Of a DNA stretch of 64,000 bases, positions 62,957 through 64,000 are shown in pieces (the first letter of the stretch is position 1; each line of letters starts with the position of its first letter). The translations under genes and the position numbers were made by a program. The DNA is from Podarcis bocagei (lineage: Eukaryota), in the NCBI GenBank assembly GCA_964188305.1, contig OZ076901.1. One strand, written 5' to 3'. The notes beneath the pieces were generated by a model. It saw nothing but the letters and a program-made list of their open reading frames with translations, did not search any database and was not told the DNA's origin.

Positions 62957-63756
62957 CAGGGCCGCATTTAGGTTTGATGAGGCCCTAAGCTACTGAAGGT
63001 AATGGGGCCCTTTATATGTCCAGCTGTCTTTTGTCAACAACAGATTGTTGCTGTTTTTAGTGTTGAATTTATGGACCTAATAGGTAGCTAAAGCCATTTG
63101 CACATAACAAAATATGTATTTTATCAAAGTAATTGATATAGAATTGAGCAGACCAGTGATATTTTAGGGAACAGGCTAGCAGATGGGGCCCATTGCTTAC
63201 ATCATAGAAGCCTACACAACACAAAACACTGTTGCTGTATGTAGGTTTTATTTTATTTGTTTTTTCTCTTATATTTTGGAAATGTACATCCAGTTTTTTC
63301 CCCTTTGATTTTTTTGGGGCCCTCCAAGAGAGTGATAGGGACACAGGTGGCACTGTGGGTTAAACCACAGAGCCTAGGGCTTGCCGATCAGAAGGTCGGC
63401 GGTTTGAATCCCCGCGATGGGGTGAGCTCCCGTTGCTCGGTCCCTGCTCCTGCCAACCTAGTAGTTCAAAAGCACGTCAACGTGCAAGTAGATAAATAGG
63501 TACCACTCGGGCGGGAAAGTAAATGGTGTTTCCGTGCGCTGTTCTGGTTCGCCAGAAGCGGCTTAGTCTTGCTGGCCACATGACCTGGAAAAACTGTCTG
63601 TGGACAAACATCGGTTCCCTTGGCCAGTAAAGCGAGATGAGCGCTGTAACCCCAGAGTCATCCACAACTGAACTTAATGGTCAGGGGTCCTTTACATTTT
63701 AAGAGATTGGGGCCCTAAGCTATAGCTTGTTTAGCTGATACGTAAATCCAGCACTG
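62957..63756. mobile_element. Non-autonomous hAT (Tip100-like) element with 8-bp TSD, carrying a nested SINE
   Basis: GGGATCAT|CAGGGCCGCATTTA ... TAAATCCAGCACTG|GGGATCAT; repeated GGGGCCC subterminal motifs. Confidence 0.9.
63338..63700 (+). mobile_element. Sauria SINE nested in the hAT element
   Basis: GGGACACAGGTGGCACTGTGGGTTAAACC...CAGGGGTCCTTTAC; approximate TSD AAGAGAGTG / AAGAGATTG. Confidence 0.93.
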
Positions 63757-64000
63757 GGGATCATCTATAGGTGATCAAGATGAACTTGCTGATTTCAACA
63801 TGGCAACCACAAGTCACCTTCTCTGCACCAAGGTCGTTGTCATTCCACCATGCACTCCCCTCCGCCCATAGGCCAGAGGTTGAAAATATGCTTTCTATGT
63901 AACAAGTCCCAGGTTCAATCCCAGGTAGGGTGTGAGAGACCATTTTCTGAATTACTGAAGAGTCAGTGACATGGCTGGCAATACTCAGCAAGATGAACCA

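Noticed and set aside
39000-64000. Exons of the next syntenic gene (e.g. KCNJ5)
   Set aside because: No Kir-channel or other recognisable coding sequence on either strand; small or non-coding exons cannot be excluded by eye.

Overview
Eukaryotic (vertebrate) genomic DNA, almost certainly from a squamate and probably a lacertid lizard: it carries Sauria/Squam1, POM/Squam2-type and Squam3-type SINEs, BovB, CR1, L2 and L1. The + strand holds the 3' part of ARHGAP32 (PX-RICS/RICS/p250GAP/GRIT). I traced 12 coding exons with GT-AG boundaries and consistent phases (7313-34422, about 1770 codons). They cover the whole RhoGAP domain (arginine finger GIYRLSG) and the long Pro/His/Tyr-rich C-terminus ending ETEIHAE. 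A 3'UTR of about 4.5 kb follows, to roughly 38.95 kb. The PX/SH3 exons lie upstream of the window. The region 39-64 kb has no recognisable gene and is a patchwork of SINEs, LINE fragments, hAT and Tc1/mariner MITEs, plus one 130-N assembly gap. I found no prokaryote-style novel system. The best leads are in ARHGAP32 isoform control: (i) a donor read-through/intronic polyadenylation isoform ending GTVCFPPFFL*, (ii) a cluster of splice signals at 4.3-5.1 kb that looks like an internal first exon plus micro-exons feeding the MKSRPT short isoform, and (iii) a compact Pumilio/miR-132/CPE/miR-101 cassette at the end of the 3'UTR. Repeat-level oddities include a SINE-head/L1 fusion and a decayed Gypsy integrase in an intron. 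Comparisons to human ARHGAP32 and repeat family names come from memory of those sequences, not from a database search.
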